In this document: positions 20,269 to 30,800 of the stretch, in pieces
How the letters are laid out: the number at the start of each line of letters is the position of its first letter
Position numbering within the stretch: position 1 is the first letter of the stretch
From: a bacterium
Lineage (GTDB): Bacteria > Patescibacteriota > Minisyncoccia > UBA6257 > 2-01-FULL-56-20
Assembly: GCA_021780195.1 (NCBI GenBank)
Contig: JAJXZE010000004.1
Span: 1,584-65,583 of the forward strand
Reading direction: 5' to 3'
DNA length: 64,000 nucleotides
Notes under the pieces: model-generated
Seen by the model: only the letters and a program-made list of their open reading frames with translations
What the model was told of the DNA's origin: nothing
The model's database searches: none
Program-made: the position numbers and the translations under genes

Positions 20269-22245
20269 ATGAATTCCTGGCGCCGCATGTCGGTCTCCGC
20301 GAAAATCATCACCGCGTTCCTCTCCGCACTTCTCATCTTCGGCGCGTTCGATTTTTATCTCTCGTCCGCGCTCGACGCAAATCAGGCGCTCACCCTCACC
20401 ATCAAGGAGCATTACGCCACGCTGAACGATCTCTCCTCGCTCCCGTATCAAAACAGCTTGATGAACGACGCGGTAAAATCGTTCGCGCTCACGCACGATC
20501 CTTCGTGGCGCACCGCGTATCTTGAGGCCTACACCTCGATCGAAGGCCTTCTTGCGACGGCGAACGGCGCGCCCGACCTCACGCCCGCGGACAAATCATC
20601 CCTCGGCGCGCTTCAGGAACTTTTCAATAACCAGGCCGCGACCGACTTCGCGGTATTCTCGGCGTCCGGGCCGGCCGCACCCACCGCAAGCGGCGTGGCC
20701 GGGGGCGCCATCGCCGCGCTCTTCTCCCCGTCCTACCTCGCGAACTCGAGCGCGATCGCGGGCCGCATCAACGCACTCATCACCTTCCGCGCCAATTATC
20801 TCGATTCGCTGGTCGGCGAGAGCAATGCCGCGCTCGCGAACCTCCACTCGATCCTCTTCGCGCTCTATGTGTTTTTCTCGCTCGTTTTCATCCTGATCTG
20901 GACCGGCATCGCGCGCGGCGTCACGCGTCCCATCCGTCGGCTGACGGACGCCGCGCAGAGGATCGGCGCGGGCGATCTCGCCGCAACAGCGGCCGTGGAC
21001 TCGGGCGACGAGATCGGCACGCTCGCGGAAACCTTCAACACCATGGCAGGGAAGATCCGCGAGGCGTACGCCCGCATTGAAAACGACGAGGCGCGCCTGC
21101 TCGCTTCCATCAACAGCCTCTCCCTCGGCTACATGCTTCTCGATGCACACGGGGGAACCGTCATGACGAACGGCGCACTCAATGGATTATGCGGCGGCGC
21201 GACGCCGACCCTTGAAGAGGCCTCGCGGCGCTTTACGGCGGCGGTGCCGATCACGGAAACCTACCGTCGCATGATCGTCTCGAAGGCAAATGACGAGATT
21301 CCCGAGGCCGCGTGCGGCGACCGCTTCTTCAGGATATTCTTCGCCCCCATCCTTCCCGCCGGACCCGCAGGGGAAAACCGCGGCGGCCGCGAAGCGATCG
21401 GCGCCGTCATCATCTTCGAGGACATCACGGACGAGAAGCGGCTCGAGCAGGAGAAAAGCGCGTTCGTCGCGATCGCGTCGCACGAGATGCGCACGCCCCT
21501 CACCGTGATTCGCGGCAACGCGGAACTCCTCCTCGGCAATCCGCGTATCAAGGGCGACGAGACGCTCGCCCGTCAGCTCGGAAACGTACTGAAGGACAGC
21601 GTGCGCCTGCTGAACATCGTGAACGACTTCCTGGACGTCCAGCACATTGAGGAAGGGAAAATCTCCTTTGCGCCGGAGCCGCTCGACCTTGCGGGGATCC
21701 TTAGGGAGTCCGCCGCCGATCTCGCGGGCCTTGCGGCGAAGAAGGGCCTCGCGATCTCGTTCGACGCCTCCTTCCCTCCGGCGCTTCCGCCATTCACACT
21801 CGACAAGTACCGCCTGGAGCAGATTTATACGAACCTCGTGAGCAACGCGCTGAACTACACCGAACATGGCGGCGTGACGATCGGGATCGAGCGCACCACG
21901 GAGGGCGCGCGGATCCGGTTCGCGGACACGGGCATCGGCATCGCGTCGGAGGAACAGGCACGTCTCTTCGGAAAGTTCCAGACCGGAAAAATATTCCTGC
22001 GGAGCAAGGAGTACGGCAGCGGCCTCGGCCTCTACATCTCCCGCCTCCTTGCGCGTCTCATGGGAGGCGAACTCGCGCTCGAAAAAAGCGTCGTAGGAAA
22101 AGGGAGCACCTTCGTCCTCGCGCTCCCCTTCGCGATGCCCAGCATCGACACGGGCGCAGTCCCGAGCGCCGGTATGCCCGCACGCGGCGTCGGCGCGCCC
22201 GCTGACACGCCCACGGGTGGCGGTCCGGGCCGTATGATACAATAA
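20269..22245 (+). CDS. Sensor histidine kinase (2 TM, HAMP, PAS-like, HisKA, HATPase)
   Basis: HAMP (RPIRRL...GDL...DEIG.LA..FN.M), ASHEMRTPL H-box, NLVSNALNYT, DTGIGI, GSGLGLYIS. Confidence 0.92.
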   Translation: MNSWRRMSVSAKIITAFLSALLIFGAFDFYLSSALDANQALTLTIKEHYATLNDLSSLPYQNSLMNDAVKSFALTHDPSWRTAYLEAYTSIEGLLATANGAPDLTPADKSSLGALQELFNNQAATDFAVFSASGPAAPTASGVAGGAIAALFSPSYLANSSAIAGRINALITFRANYLDSLVGESNAALANLHSILFALYVFFSLVFILIWTGIARGVTRPIRRLTDAAQRIGAGDLAATAAVDSGDEIGTLAETFNTMAGKIREAYARIENDEARLLASINSLSLGYMLLDAHGGTVMTNGALNGLCGGATPTLEEASRRFTAAVPITETYRRMIVSKANDEIPEAACGDRFFRIFFAPILPAGPAGENRGGREAIGAVIIFEDITDEKRLEQEKSAFVAIASHEMRTPLTVIRGNAELLLGNPRIKGDETLARQLGNVLKDSVRLLNIVNDFLDVQHIEEGKISFAPEPLDLAGILRESAADLAGLAAKKGLAISFDASFPPALPPFTLDKYRLEQIYTNLVSNALNYTEHGGVTIGIERTTEGARIRFADTGIGIASEEQARLFGKFQTGKIFLRSKEYGSGLGLYISRLLARLMGGELALEKSVVGKGSTFVLALPFAMPSIDTGAVPSAGMPARGVGAPADTPTGGGPGRMIQ

Positions 22246-22249
22246 AGGC

Positions 22250-22630
22250 ATGGCGAAGATCCTCCTCGTCGACGACGAACCGGACATTATCGCGATCTAT
22301 AAAACCAAGCTCGAAGAAGCCGGCTTCGAGGTATCGACCGCCCGCGATGGCGTCGAGGCAGTTGCCGCGGCGGCGGCCAGCCGCCCGGATCTCATCCTTA
22401 TGGACATGAAGATGCCGAACATGGACGGGGTCGCGGCCCAGCAAAAGCTTAAAAACGATCCGGCCACCAAGGATCTCAGGGTGGTTTTCCTGACCGCCTT
22501 CGCGGACCCGATGAAACCGGAAGTCGACAAGGCCTTCGCGAGGCAGAGCGGCGCCGTGGACTTCATCCAGAAGGGCATTGATCTCGACGAACTCGTGCAG
22601 AAGGTCAAGGGATACCTTTTGACCCCATAG
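22250..22630 (+). CDS. Single-domain response regulator (CheY-like receiver)
   Basis: ILLVDDE, PDLILMDMKMP.MDG, VVFLT; no output domain. Confidence 0.92.
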   Translation: MAKILLVDDEPDIIAIYKTKLEEAGFEVSTARDGVEAVAAAAASRPDLILMDMKMPNMDGVAAQQKLKNDPATKDLRVVFLTAFADPMKPEVDKAFARQSGAVDFIQKGIDLDELVQKVKGYLLTP

Positions 22631-22660
22631 AAGCAGGGGGGTATAATGGAATCAATAGTG

Positions 22661-22687
22661 AAAATGCCCTTATGGAAAGGGCATTTT
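22661..22687. terminator. Hairpin between response regulator and ECF sigma gene
   Basis: AAAATGCCCTT-ATGGA-AAGGGCATTTT. Confidence 0.6.
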
Positions 22688-22725
22688 GCTTAAGGAGGAC
22701 GGCGGCGGCACGCGGGTAAAAGTCC

Positions 22726-22751
22726 AGTAACCAGAGCCATTCTATTACGTT
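22726..22751 (+). promoter_or_regulatory. Putative ECF-type autoregulatory promoter
   Basis: AGTAAC-N16-CGTT immediately upstream of the sigma start, matching the generic ECF AAC...CGT pattern. Confidence 0.5.
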
Positions 22752-22755
22752 TTAT

Positions 22756-23289
22756 ATGTTAGACGGTGAGGAAAAGCTAGTAAAAAGCGCCGTCGGGGGT
22801 GATTCCTCGGCGTTCGGCTCCCTCTATGACCACTACCAACCGATGATCTATCGGTTCGTACTCGTGAAGGTGGGCCGGCGTGAGGACGCCGAGGATATCA
22901 CCCATCAGGTATTCACGGCGGCGTGGCAGAATATCGGGACGTATGCCCATCGTGGACACCCGTTCTCGAGTTGGCTTTACCGCATCGCGAGGAACCAGGT
23001 CATCGATCACTACCGGGCGGGCAAGGGCGAGGTCTCGATCGACCAGATCGATCCCGAAGCGTTCGCTTCCACGGCGGATGCCGCGGCCGACCTCGAGCGG
23101 AAGCTCGACGTCGAAAAAGTGCGGCGCGCCCTGCTCGCGCTGAAGCCCGAATATCAGGATGTGATCGTGCTCCGCTTCGTGGAGGATCTCCCCATCAAGG
23201 AGGTCGCCGAAGCGATGGAGCGTTCCCTCGGAGCCGTCAAACTCATGCAACACCGCGCCATCAGGGAGCTCAAACAATTACTTTCATGA
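22756..23289 (+). CDS. ECF RNA polymerase sigma-70 factor
   Basis: AF..LYDHY...IYRF, DAEDIT..VF, FSSWLYRIARN, LRFVED....EVA..M....GAVK...HRA. Confidence 0.93.
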   Translation: MLDGEEKLVKSAVGGDSSAFGSLYDHYQPMIYRFVLVKVGRREDAEDITHQVFTAAWQNIGTYAHRGHPFSSWLYRIARNQVIDHYRAGKGEVSIDQIDPEAFASTADAAADLERKLDVEKVRRALLALKPEYQDVIVLRFVEDLPIKEVAEAMERSLGAVKLMQHRAIRELKQLLS

Positions 23290-23777
23290 ATCTTTTCGAA
23301 ACGCTTAAACAGCTGAAGGCCATCCAGCCCGATCCCGCATTCAAGGAGAATTCCCGGCGGACGATTTTGGCGACCGAACCCGCGCCGCGCATCCTCCCCT
23401 CCCTCAAGTCCCTGAGTCCGCGGCGTCTCATCTTCCGCCTCGTGGAGACCGGCGCGGCCGTGGCCCTGACCGGATTTTTCATACTGCTTCTCATGGGAGG
23501 CCTGTCCGGCTCCAAGTTCGCGCCGGTGCAGTACTCGTCGATCGACCCAACGGCCCTCAAGGCGGAAGCCAAGGCGATCGATATCCAGATCCAGCTTGCG
23601 AACGTAAAGTATAGCGAAGCGGCGGCCTCCACGGCGGCGCTCGCCGGGCCGAAGCGGCCCGTACTGGCCGCGGGCCTCATGGCCGCGGCGACGGCCACCT
23701 CGACGGAAGCCGCCTCCTCCACGGCCACGACGACCGCGATCTCTATTGACCAGGCGCTCCAGGGCCTCACCAATTAG
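23286..23777 (+). CDS. Putative membrane anti-sigma factor
   Basis: ATGA overlap with sigma; PDPAFK..SRR N-terminus and single TM helix. Confidence 0.6.
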   Translation: MNLFETLKQLKAIQPDPAFKENSRRTILATEPAPRILPSLKSLSPRRLIFRLVETGAAVALTGFFILLLMGGLSGSKFAPVQYSSIDPTALKAEAKAIDIQIQLANVKYSEAAASTAALAGPKRPVLAAGLMAAATATSTEAASSTATTTAISIDQALQGLTN

Positions 23778-23778
23778 T

Positions 23779-24588
23779 ATGCTCAGCAGGCGCATCACGG
23801 CCGCCCTCCTCGCCCTCCCGCTCGCCGCGGGCCTTTCGTTCGTCATCCCGTCCGGTTCCGGCGTCTTCAGCGGCCGCGCCGCAGGCCCCCTCTTCGGCGG
23901 GGTAAAGATCGCGCGCGCGGACGTCTCCTGCGGATTCACGACTGCGGATCTTGAGACGATCACTGCGGCACGAGCACAGGGCCTCGACGCGGACCTTGCG
24001 GCACGAAAGGCGCTTCTTATGCGCACCATCGCCTGCGCCAAGGGCGATGCCGCGGCGCTCCAAAGCGGGCTCGCCGCGATCACGGTCCCGGGCGCGGATG
24101 CCTCCATCCGATCCCAGCTCTCCGGAAAGATCGACGACGCCATGACCTACTACGACCTCGAACTCGCGAAGGTTCAGACCGCGGGCCTCTCCGGAACCCA
24201 GCAGGTCGCGCAGGAAGTGCTTTCATGGCGGCAGTCGAACTACGACATCCTCGCGGCTCAGGTCGCGAACTTCGAGCTTTACGAAAGCAATCAGCCGCTC
24301 TTCGCGACCGCGAACGATCGCGTGACGCAGATGCAGAACCTGGTGGGCGCCATCCAGCAGGCGGGCCAGAACAACGACCTCCAGGCCGCATTCTCGAACG
24401 CCGAGACGCTCGTCCAGACCGCCAACAACGAGAACGCCTCCGCACGCCAGTCCCTTTCCCGCCTGCTCCCACCCGACCAGTCCCTTGGCCTCATCAAGGA
24501 ATCGCTCTCCTCGCTCTCGGATGCCTACGGAAAATTCTTCGATGTGAGCACGATCGTGCAGGGCCTCCTCGCCACCAAGGAGAAATAG
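23779..24588 (+). CDS. Secreted/membrane helical hypothetical protein
   Basis: Signal-like N-terminus, all-helical heptad composition; third gene of the sigma cassette. Confidence 0.65.
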   Translation: MLSRRITAALLALPLAAGLSFVIPSGSGVFSGRAAGPLFGGVKIARADVSCGFTTADLETITAARAQGLDADLAARKALLMRTIACAKGDAAALQSGLAAITVPGADASIRSQLSGKIDDAMTYYDLELAKVQTAGLSGTQQVAQEVLSWRQSNYDILAAQVANFELYESNQPLFATANDRVTQMQNLVGAIQQAGQNNDLQAAFSNAETLVQTANNENASARQSLSRLLPPDQSLGLIKESLSSLSDAYGKFFDVSTIVQGLLATKEK

Positions 24589-24693
24589 AAGAACACGCGG
24601 GGCGTTCTTGAGGACGCATGCCGATCTGCGTGGGACTGGATCCGGATGGCCCCCCCTACATAGAAAACCGCCCGCTTCGAGATCAAAGTACGT

Positions 24694-26127
24694 TCATATC
24701 AACAGGAAGTAATCAAGCGGAATCTTGACCACATTCGCATCCTCCAATAATGTAAGTGAATTTCGGCAGATCACCACACCATATTTGGCTGAGCCTACTT
24801 TTTTCATCGTGCTTCGCACCTGAGTGCCAAGCTTTTCGCCCATACCGACTTCAATCGGAATAATGTTCTTACCGGCAATCGTCAGTATGAAATCAGCACC
24901 GACTTTTGAGCTGTCATAATTTAATGCGCCACGGCTGTTGGCTACAAATTCCCGATGCAGGGTCATGGCAACAATATCTTCCATAAGCCTACCTTTCTGG
25001 CTGGCAAAAATTTGTTCGCTACCGGCAACCGAGAGGAATGCCGATCGCATTGCGCTGGACATGAACTGATAGCGCGATGGTTTCCTCACTTTTTTGGAAT
25101 TTGATCCATAAGGCATGACACGAATAAGTAATTCTGCCTGCTCCAATACTTCAAGGATATTGGAAATGGTGTTTACGCTCGTCTTAAGTGTCGTGGCAAG
25201 TTTTTGAATACTCACCACGTCAGACTCGGCCAGAAGAAATAAAACCCTTTTAATATAAACTAGGGTCTTAGTATCAAAACGACCCAAGCTCTGCACGTCC
25301 TGATTAATTACCTTATCCAAAAGCAGAGTTATGGTTTGATATACCCGAACCTCGTCCTTCATCCGAATAGCAAAAGGCAAAGTGCCAATCTTTAAATATT
25401 CATCGACGTAATTGCGGTCTATGGATGCCCAGGCACTGACCACGCTCTGTTCGTACCTTTTCAGCTTTTCGTAAGCGTCTTTTGCGGATTCGGCGTTGAA
25501 TAATGCGTCCTTAATATTTTTCTTTAAATCTTTGACTGGGAACTTACCATCCCGGATCATTAGAAATTCAGAAAAGCTGGTCGGGAAAAGTTTCTGAAAA
25601 ATAGAACGGCGGATCACATCAGGATTTGTCTGCAAGGAAACAGCCGATGAGCCACTGCACACGACAAAAACTTTATTTGAGCGATCATATACCGATTTCA
25701 ATACCGATGCCCATTTTGGATCATATTGGGCTTCATCAATAAAAATGAAAATCGGTTGTGTGAGTTTTTCAAAGCTTTCACCAAGTATCTTTTCATATGC
25801 GCTCAAGACTTCCCTCAGCGATGAGCCGAGTACGTTTACCACTTCGTCCAAAGCAACATAGAGTATCCTGTGGTCACCGACTTCTTGGTAATGGTTCAAA
25901 AAAAGCTGAGCGAGGATAGTGCTCTTACCGACACCACGAAGTCCCGGAATAATGATCCAACGGTCCTGCACATTTGGACTGTGCAAAAAATCCCGAAAGT
26001 ACTTATCCACTTTTATGTAGATGTTTCTCTGCGGATATTTCTTGCCTTGTTCGTCCTGGGCATAAAATTTAAGCCGGAAAGGGGCCTGGACGAGCTGATT
26101 TTGCACGTATTTAAGGGTTTCTTCCAT
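24694..26127 (-). CDS. AAA+ ATPase (AAA_14 + DUF4143-like) with internal HTH
   Basis: Walker A GLRGVGKST, Walker B FIFIDEAQ, SGSS, YLKIGTLP, KG.LME, ADFIL, PIEV; markedly AT-richer than flanks. Confidence 0.88.
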   Translation of the reverse strand: MEETLKYVQNQLVQAPFRLKFYAQDEQGKKYPQRNIYIKVDKYFRDFLHSPNVQDRWIIIPGLRGVGKSTILAQLFLNHYQEVGDHRILYVALDEVVNVLGSSLREVLSAYEKILGESFEKLTQPIFIFIDEAQYDPKWASVLKSVYDRSNKVFVVCSGSSAVSLQTNPDVIRRSIFQKLFPTSFSEFLMIRDGKFPVKDLKKNIKDALFNAESAKDAYEKLKRYEQSVVSAWASIDRNYVDEYLKIGTLPFAIRMKDEVRVYQTITLLLDKVINQDVQSLGRFDTKTLVYIKRVLFLLAESDVVSIQKLATTLKTSVNTISNILEVLEQAELLIRVMPYGSNSKKVRKPSRYQFMSSAMRSAFLSVAGSEQIFASQKGRLMEDIVAMTLHREFVANSRGALNYDSSKVGADFILTIAGKNIIPIEVGMGEKLGTQVRSTMKKVGSAKYGVVICRNSLTLLEDANVVKIPLDYFLLI

Positions 26128-26146
26128 ATTTTTGTTATCTTTTTAG

Positions 26147-26198
26147 GTGATATAGTAAAATCACTTACTATATTACTCTAGTGATATAGAGAAGTCAA
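26147..26198 (-). promoter_or_regulatory. sigma70 promoter of AAA ATPase with operator-like repeats
   Basis: TTGACT-N17-TAATAT on minus; palindrome ATATAGTAA-N6-TTACTATAT; direct repeat GTGATATAG at 26147 and 26181. Confidence 0.6.
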
Positions 26199-26645
26199 GC
26201 ACCTGTTTTCGCCAGGGAATTAGAGCATTTTAAATCTATTTACTAAATCCAAAGATCGTCTATCCGACCGTTTATGGTCAGCGCTCGCGAATTCGCGATT
26301 TCCTATCGATTTTTGGTAATCCGAATTGCGAGCTCGTCATGAAGGCGCAGTGAAGCGCCGCGGCCGCGGAGGGCAAGACGAACACTGCGACGTGGTGGTT
26401 CTCGGCGGGGAAAAGACCATACGGGAGTGACTCATCCAAGAGCGACTCATCCAAGAGCCCGACGACGCAGTGAGGGACGAAATTGTTCATGCGCGCATGC
26501 CGCTCAGTAAAATCCCCAGAACCGTAGACGACACGGAACGGTAGCAGAATACTTGAGCTACGATGAAGACTTCGCTTTCCTGACGTGCGCCGAAGCGGAG
26601 AAAAAACATTCTCATACATCGCCCGCAAAGCAACTCCGACCAACC

Positions 26646-26673
26646 AAAAGCCCCGCATGCCGCGGGGCTTTTT
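26646..26673 (-). terminator. Intrinsic terminator after hup
   Basis: AAAAGCCCCGC-ATGCC-GCGGGGCTTTTT. Confidence 0.8.
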
Positions 26674-26709
26674 CAAACATCGGAAAGGATCCTTTTCGAC
26701 GTTCTCCGC

Positions 26710-26985
26710 TTACAAGACCGCTTCCTTGAGCGCCTTGCCGGCGCGGAACTTCGGCTTGATGGACGCTTTGATCTGTATCTTTTCGCCCGTCTTGGGGTTC
26801 CGGCCTTCGCGCGCCGCCCGCTTCGCGACCCGGAAGGTTCCGAAGCCCGCGATCGCGACTTCCTCGCCGCGGCCCATCGTCTTTACGATGGTGTCGAAAA
26901 CGGCCTCCACGGCGCGCTCCGCACCCGCCTTCGTGTCGATCTCCGCGGCCTTCATGACCGCTTCGACCAATCCCTTTTTGTTCAT
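26710..26985 (-). CDS. hup: DNA-binding protein HU
   Basis: MNKKGLV, V.IAGFGTF, R.AREGRNPKTGE.I.I.A...PKF.AGK.LKEAV. Confidence 0.96.
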   Translation of the reverse strand: MNKKGLVEAVMKAAEIDTKAGAERAVEAVFDTIVKTMGRGEEVAIAGFGTFRVAKRAAREGRNPKTGEKIQIKASIKPKFRAGKALKEAVL

Positions 26986-27154
26986 AGACGTGGTTATTTT
27001 TTCCCGACCTTTGGCAATCATTGCTCCCCATAAGTATAGCAAATACGGGGGGTATGGCGCAAAGGGGGCCGGGGCTAGGCCTTCTCCCGAAAATCATCAT
27101 GCCGCGGTCAGTATCCGGATCGCCTTACGGTCGAGCGGTACTTCATGGATATCC

Positions 27155-27652
27155 TCACGAGGCGAGGTCCTTTGGATCGAACCCTGACGCCGCAAGGCAG
27201 AGATCGCGGAAGTAGATTCCTCCCACGCGCCGCACTACATCGATATTCACACCGTGGTCGAATGCCGCCGCCCTCATCCCGCGAAGCACGCTCCGCTCGA
27301 AATCCAATTCATCAAAAAAGACGAAGACGCTTTCCTGAATGTAGTATGGATCGGCCGCGGCTCCCTTGCGCCTCCATTCGGCGATCAAACGTTCCCGGTG
27401 GTCGTCGATATACCGCTTGAGACCGCTCGCGCGAAGAAGGGCCTCCCCTTTCTCAAGTAAGGCGAGCGGAGATGAGCCGGAAAACGCCCGATCTATCCGG
27501 CCTTCCATGGTTCGCATACGCTCCTCCATCGCGCCGACCCTTATTTCAACGCCGGTAAATCTACGCGATGCGTACCACGCTCCCGCGACAAGCAGTGCCG
27601 CAAGAGAAATAGCCTTATAGGTTCCGATTGAAATGATGATATTCTGTTCCAT
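27155..27652 (-). CDS. Membrane-anchored hypothetical protein (paralog of 33627-34223)
   Basis: N-terminal TM, short coiled coil, SPL.L.EKG..LL.ASG motif. Confidence 0.65.
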   Translation of the reverse strand: MEQNIIISIGTYKAISLAALLVAGAWYASRRFTGVEIRVGAMEERMRTMEGRIDRAFSGSSPLALLEKGEALLRASGLKRYIDDHRERLIAEWRRKGAAADPYYIQESVFVFFDELDFERSVLRGMRAAAFDHGVNIDVVRRVGGIYFRDLCLAASGFDPKDLAS

Positions 27653-27780
27653 ATGTCCCACCCTAACACAAAGGACATTAAAAAATTGTTAAATTGGGCA
27701 CGGGCGCTGGTGCGGGAAAGGGCGCGAAATCCGGCACCTTGTGCCGCGTACGGCGTCGCACAACGTCCGACGCCCCAACG

Positions 27781-27808
27781 CAAAAGGCCCCCGTGAGGGG
27801 GCCTTTTG
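27781..27808 (-). terminator. Intrinsic terminator after S-layer-like gene
   Basis: CAAAAGGCCCCC-GTGA-GGGGGCCTTTTG. Confidence 0.8.
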
Positions 27809-27853
27809 GTTTCGCGCGAGGTCACAAGCGACGCGCGAGAGATAGCTCTGCGG

Positions 27854-30800
27854 TTATTGGCCGACAGAGATATTCGCAACCGTGACCGGAACGGCATTCA
27901 CCGACAACGGGACACCGCCGGCAGCGATTGCCGTGCTGTCCGTGCCATCAAAGTACGTCAGGTCAGTAGCGTTTTGGATGCTCACCGAGACCGCCTCATT
28001 GACCGCAGTGTTGCCCACTATCAATGACGGAATCGCGTTTGTCGAACCCCACAGCTGGAGCACCACGCTCTGGTTGGCGGAAATGACAAGCGGGGCCGTT
28101 GACGTCGAGAACGTGAACGTTATCGTGTTTGAGCCGGACGTCGAAGTAGCCGTTGCGCCGTTCGCCGTAGCAACATCAACCTGGTTTGAATTCTTCAAGA
28201 CGATCGAATTCAAGAAGGAGTTGTAGTTGGCGACGCTGGAGCCATAGCTGGACGTAGCCGAGGTCGTCGTTGCCGAAGCCGTTATACCGCTGCCAGTGAA
28301 GGTAAGGGTCAGGTTTTTCAACTGAACCGAACCAGCCTTGTTTGCGGTAAGAGTGACCGTGCCAAGCTGACTCGATCCGGCCTTGGAACCAGAATACTGG
28401 TACGTGCTAGCCGCAGAAGCCGTCATAGCACTGCGCAATACCGTCTGCGTATTACCCGCAACCACACCAGAAAGCGAAACGGTAGCCGTCTTGTTGGACG
28501 TATTACCCAACGCTATCGCTGCGGTCGACGTGGCAATCGAGAACACGTTCGTGGAATTGTCCGTTGCGCCCTGAGACGAGTACGAGGCCACATCGCCCTT
28601 CAGGGTGATGAGAGTCGAATTCGCCTGAGGAACGAGGATCGGAGTCCCGAAGTGGAACGCATACGTGTAGACGCTCGTCGTACCCGTGGAAACCACAGTC
28701 GCGGCCCCAGCCGTACCAAGCAACGCCCCCGTGCTGTCATAGAGGGACAAGTTGTTGAAGGAAGGCAGGGTCACCGACGCCGTAGAGGTCGCAGTGTCAG
28801 TAACCGTAAGGTCGGTGATCTTTACGTTCTCCACGTTCGAGGTCTCCGTCAAACGGTAGACCGCTAAGGTGTTCCCCTGAGAACCCATGACAAGCTGGGT
28901 AGCCGAAGGCTGACTCGAATCAGCCGCAATGGAGACTGCAGAGCTGCCAGCAAAGGTCAAGGATTGACCGGGAACAGCGTTTGTAGTAAGCGAGATCGCA
29001 CTGAACGAAGTCGCGCCCGTCCCCGAAAGGCCACTTAGATAGGTCGCCGGAGAGATATCGGAAGCCGTCGACGTAGCGGACGACAAAGTGTCTGCATAGA
29101 CGTCAACATTGACCGTGCCTCCTTTGGGGACCAAGAACGGTGAACCCGAGAAGGCGTAGATGCCTCCCTGGGTGAGCGTTCCCTGCGAAGATCCGAACGG
29201 CGCGCCGTTCACCACGACCTTCAAGTTCTGGAACGAGGAAGCTCCAGAAGTGCCACCCATCTTAATGCTCACGTTGTTTATGTTAACGCCTTCCGCAGAG
29301 GAAGCCGTAAACGCGTACGAGCCGATTTTCAGGTTGGAGACGCCGGCCGCAACGTTTTGGTTGCCCAAAGCATTGCTCGCCGTTACCGTCAGGGACGAGG
29401 CGGCAAGCGACAAAGCGCTACCCGTCGCACCTGACGTGCTCCCGATGGCGGAAGAAATCATGCCCTGCAAGTTGTTGGAGCCTGGCAAGATAGCGCCCGT
29501 CACCGTCGTGAAGTTTGCGGCCGATTGAATGTCGGCGCGCAATGAAAGCACGCGGGTCGTATTCGCCGGAATCGTGTAATTGATCGGCGAAGCGGATGAA
29601 CCGAAGCTGTCAGCGTAAGTAACGCTGGCAGTCGACATCACACCACCAGACGTGAGGTTCACGCTTGTATTGGCACCGCTCTCTATCACGTTTGCTGAAG
29701 GAGGCTGGTTGATGGTCGTACCGACCTGTCCACCCGCATCGTCAACAATCGAGACGTTCTGGATCAAGCTGCTTAAGGCCGATGAGGTAGCGCCCGAGAG
29801 CGTGTTTACGCCAGTGAAGGTGAGGGAGAAAGGAAGATACTTGATCTTCACCGCCTCACCTGCGGCGTAAACATCAAACTTCGCGATCGTGATGGACGAC
29901 TGCCCCTTGGCGATATTGCCGGTCGGGGTGTTTGCATCCTGCGTGATCGTGCTCTGGCCCTGCTGGATGCTTACGAGCTGGCCAGCATTAGAACCGGCCG
30001 TAACCGGAACGTTGTACTGGGAGTCGTATGCCAAGACGTCGTAACCGTTCAAGATCTCAAACTGGAAGTTGTAGCTCGGAGAGCCCATCACATCCGCGAA
30101 GACCTGAACATTGTTGGAGCCGGTGTTCAAGATGCCCGGGTTGGCCGATGCATCAAAGTACGCCGTCCCGTCCTGACCGACCGTCGAGAGGGTCTGCCCA
30201 ATCTGAGTGCCGTTGACCATCAACTTCACGTTGCGGATATCGCCCTTGTTGGCGGAACCGATAACGTGGAAATTGATGCTCTTTAGGTACACCTTGCTGT
30301 TCACCGCGGAGATGTTCCATGCGGCGACAAGGTCATTCTGCGTGCCGGCCGTTACCTGATTGCCAACCGATGAAGAGGTAATGGTAAGAGAGGCAAGCGA
30401 AGGATTCTGGACATTCGTGACCGTGAACAAACCGCCATTCATCGGGAATGTTCCAGTCGGGGTAAGCGTGTTGTTGCTCGCGTCAACCGCCGAAACATCC
30501 GTCGCGGCATTCAACGCGAAGCCAGCCGTGTTACCAGCCGAGAGACCACCGGAAACGTCGATTGCCAAGGTGAGTTCAACCGTCTGTCCGGCCGGAACAT
30601 TCAAGCTCAAACCGGAGAAATCGATGACGCCCTGGTTCAACGAATTGTACTGGTAAAGCACCTTGCCATTCTGGACGAGGTACGCACCAGCGATCGAACT
30701 GTCGGACAAAACGCCGGTCTTGTGGAATTTGACTTCCGAGACCGTTACGCCCGCCGCATTACCCGCCGTGAAGTTCACGGAAAGCACCGGAACGCGCGCG

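Noticed and set aside
26278..26676. 132-aa ORF with a 15-bp tandem duplication GACTCATCCAAGAGC (26429-26458)
   Set aside because: Starts within the hup terminator, no recognisable domain; probably non-coding or decayed island flank
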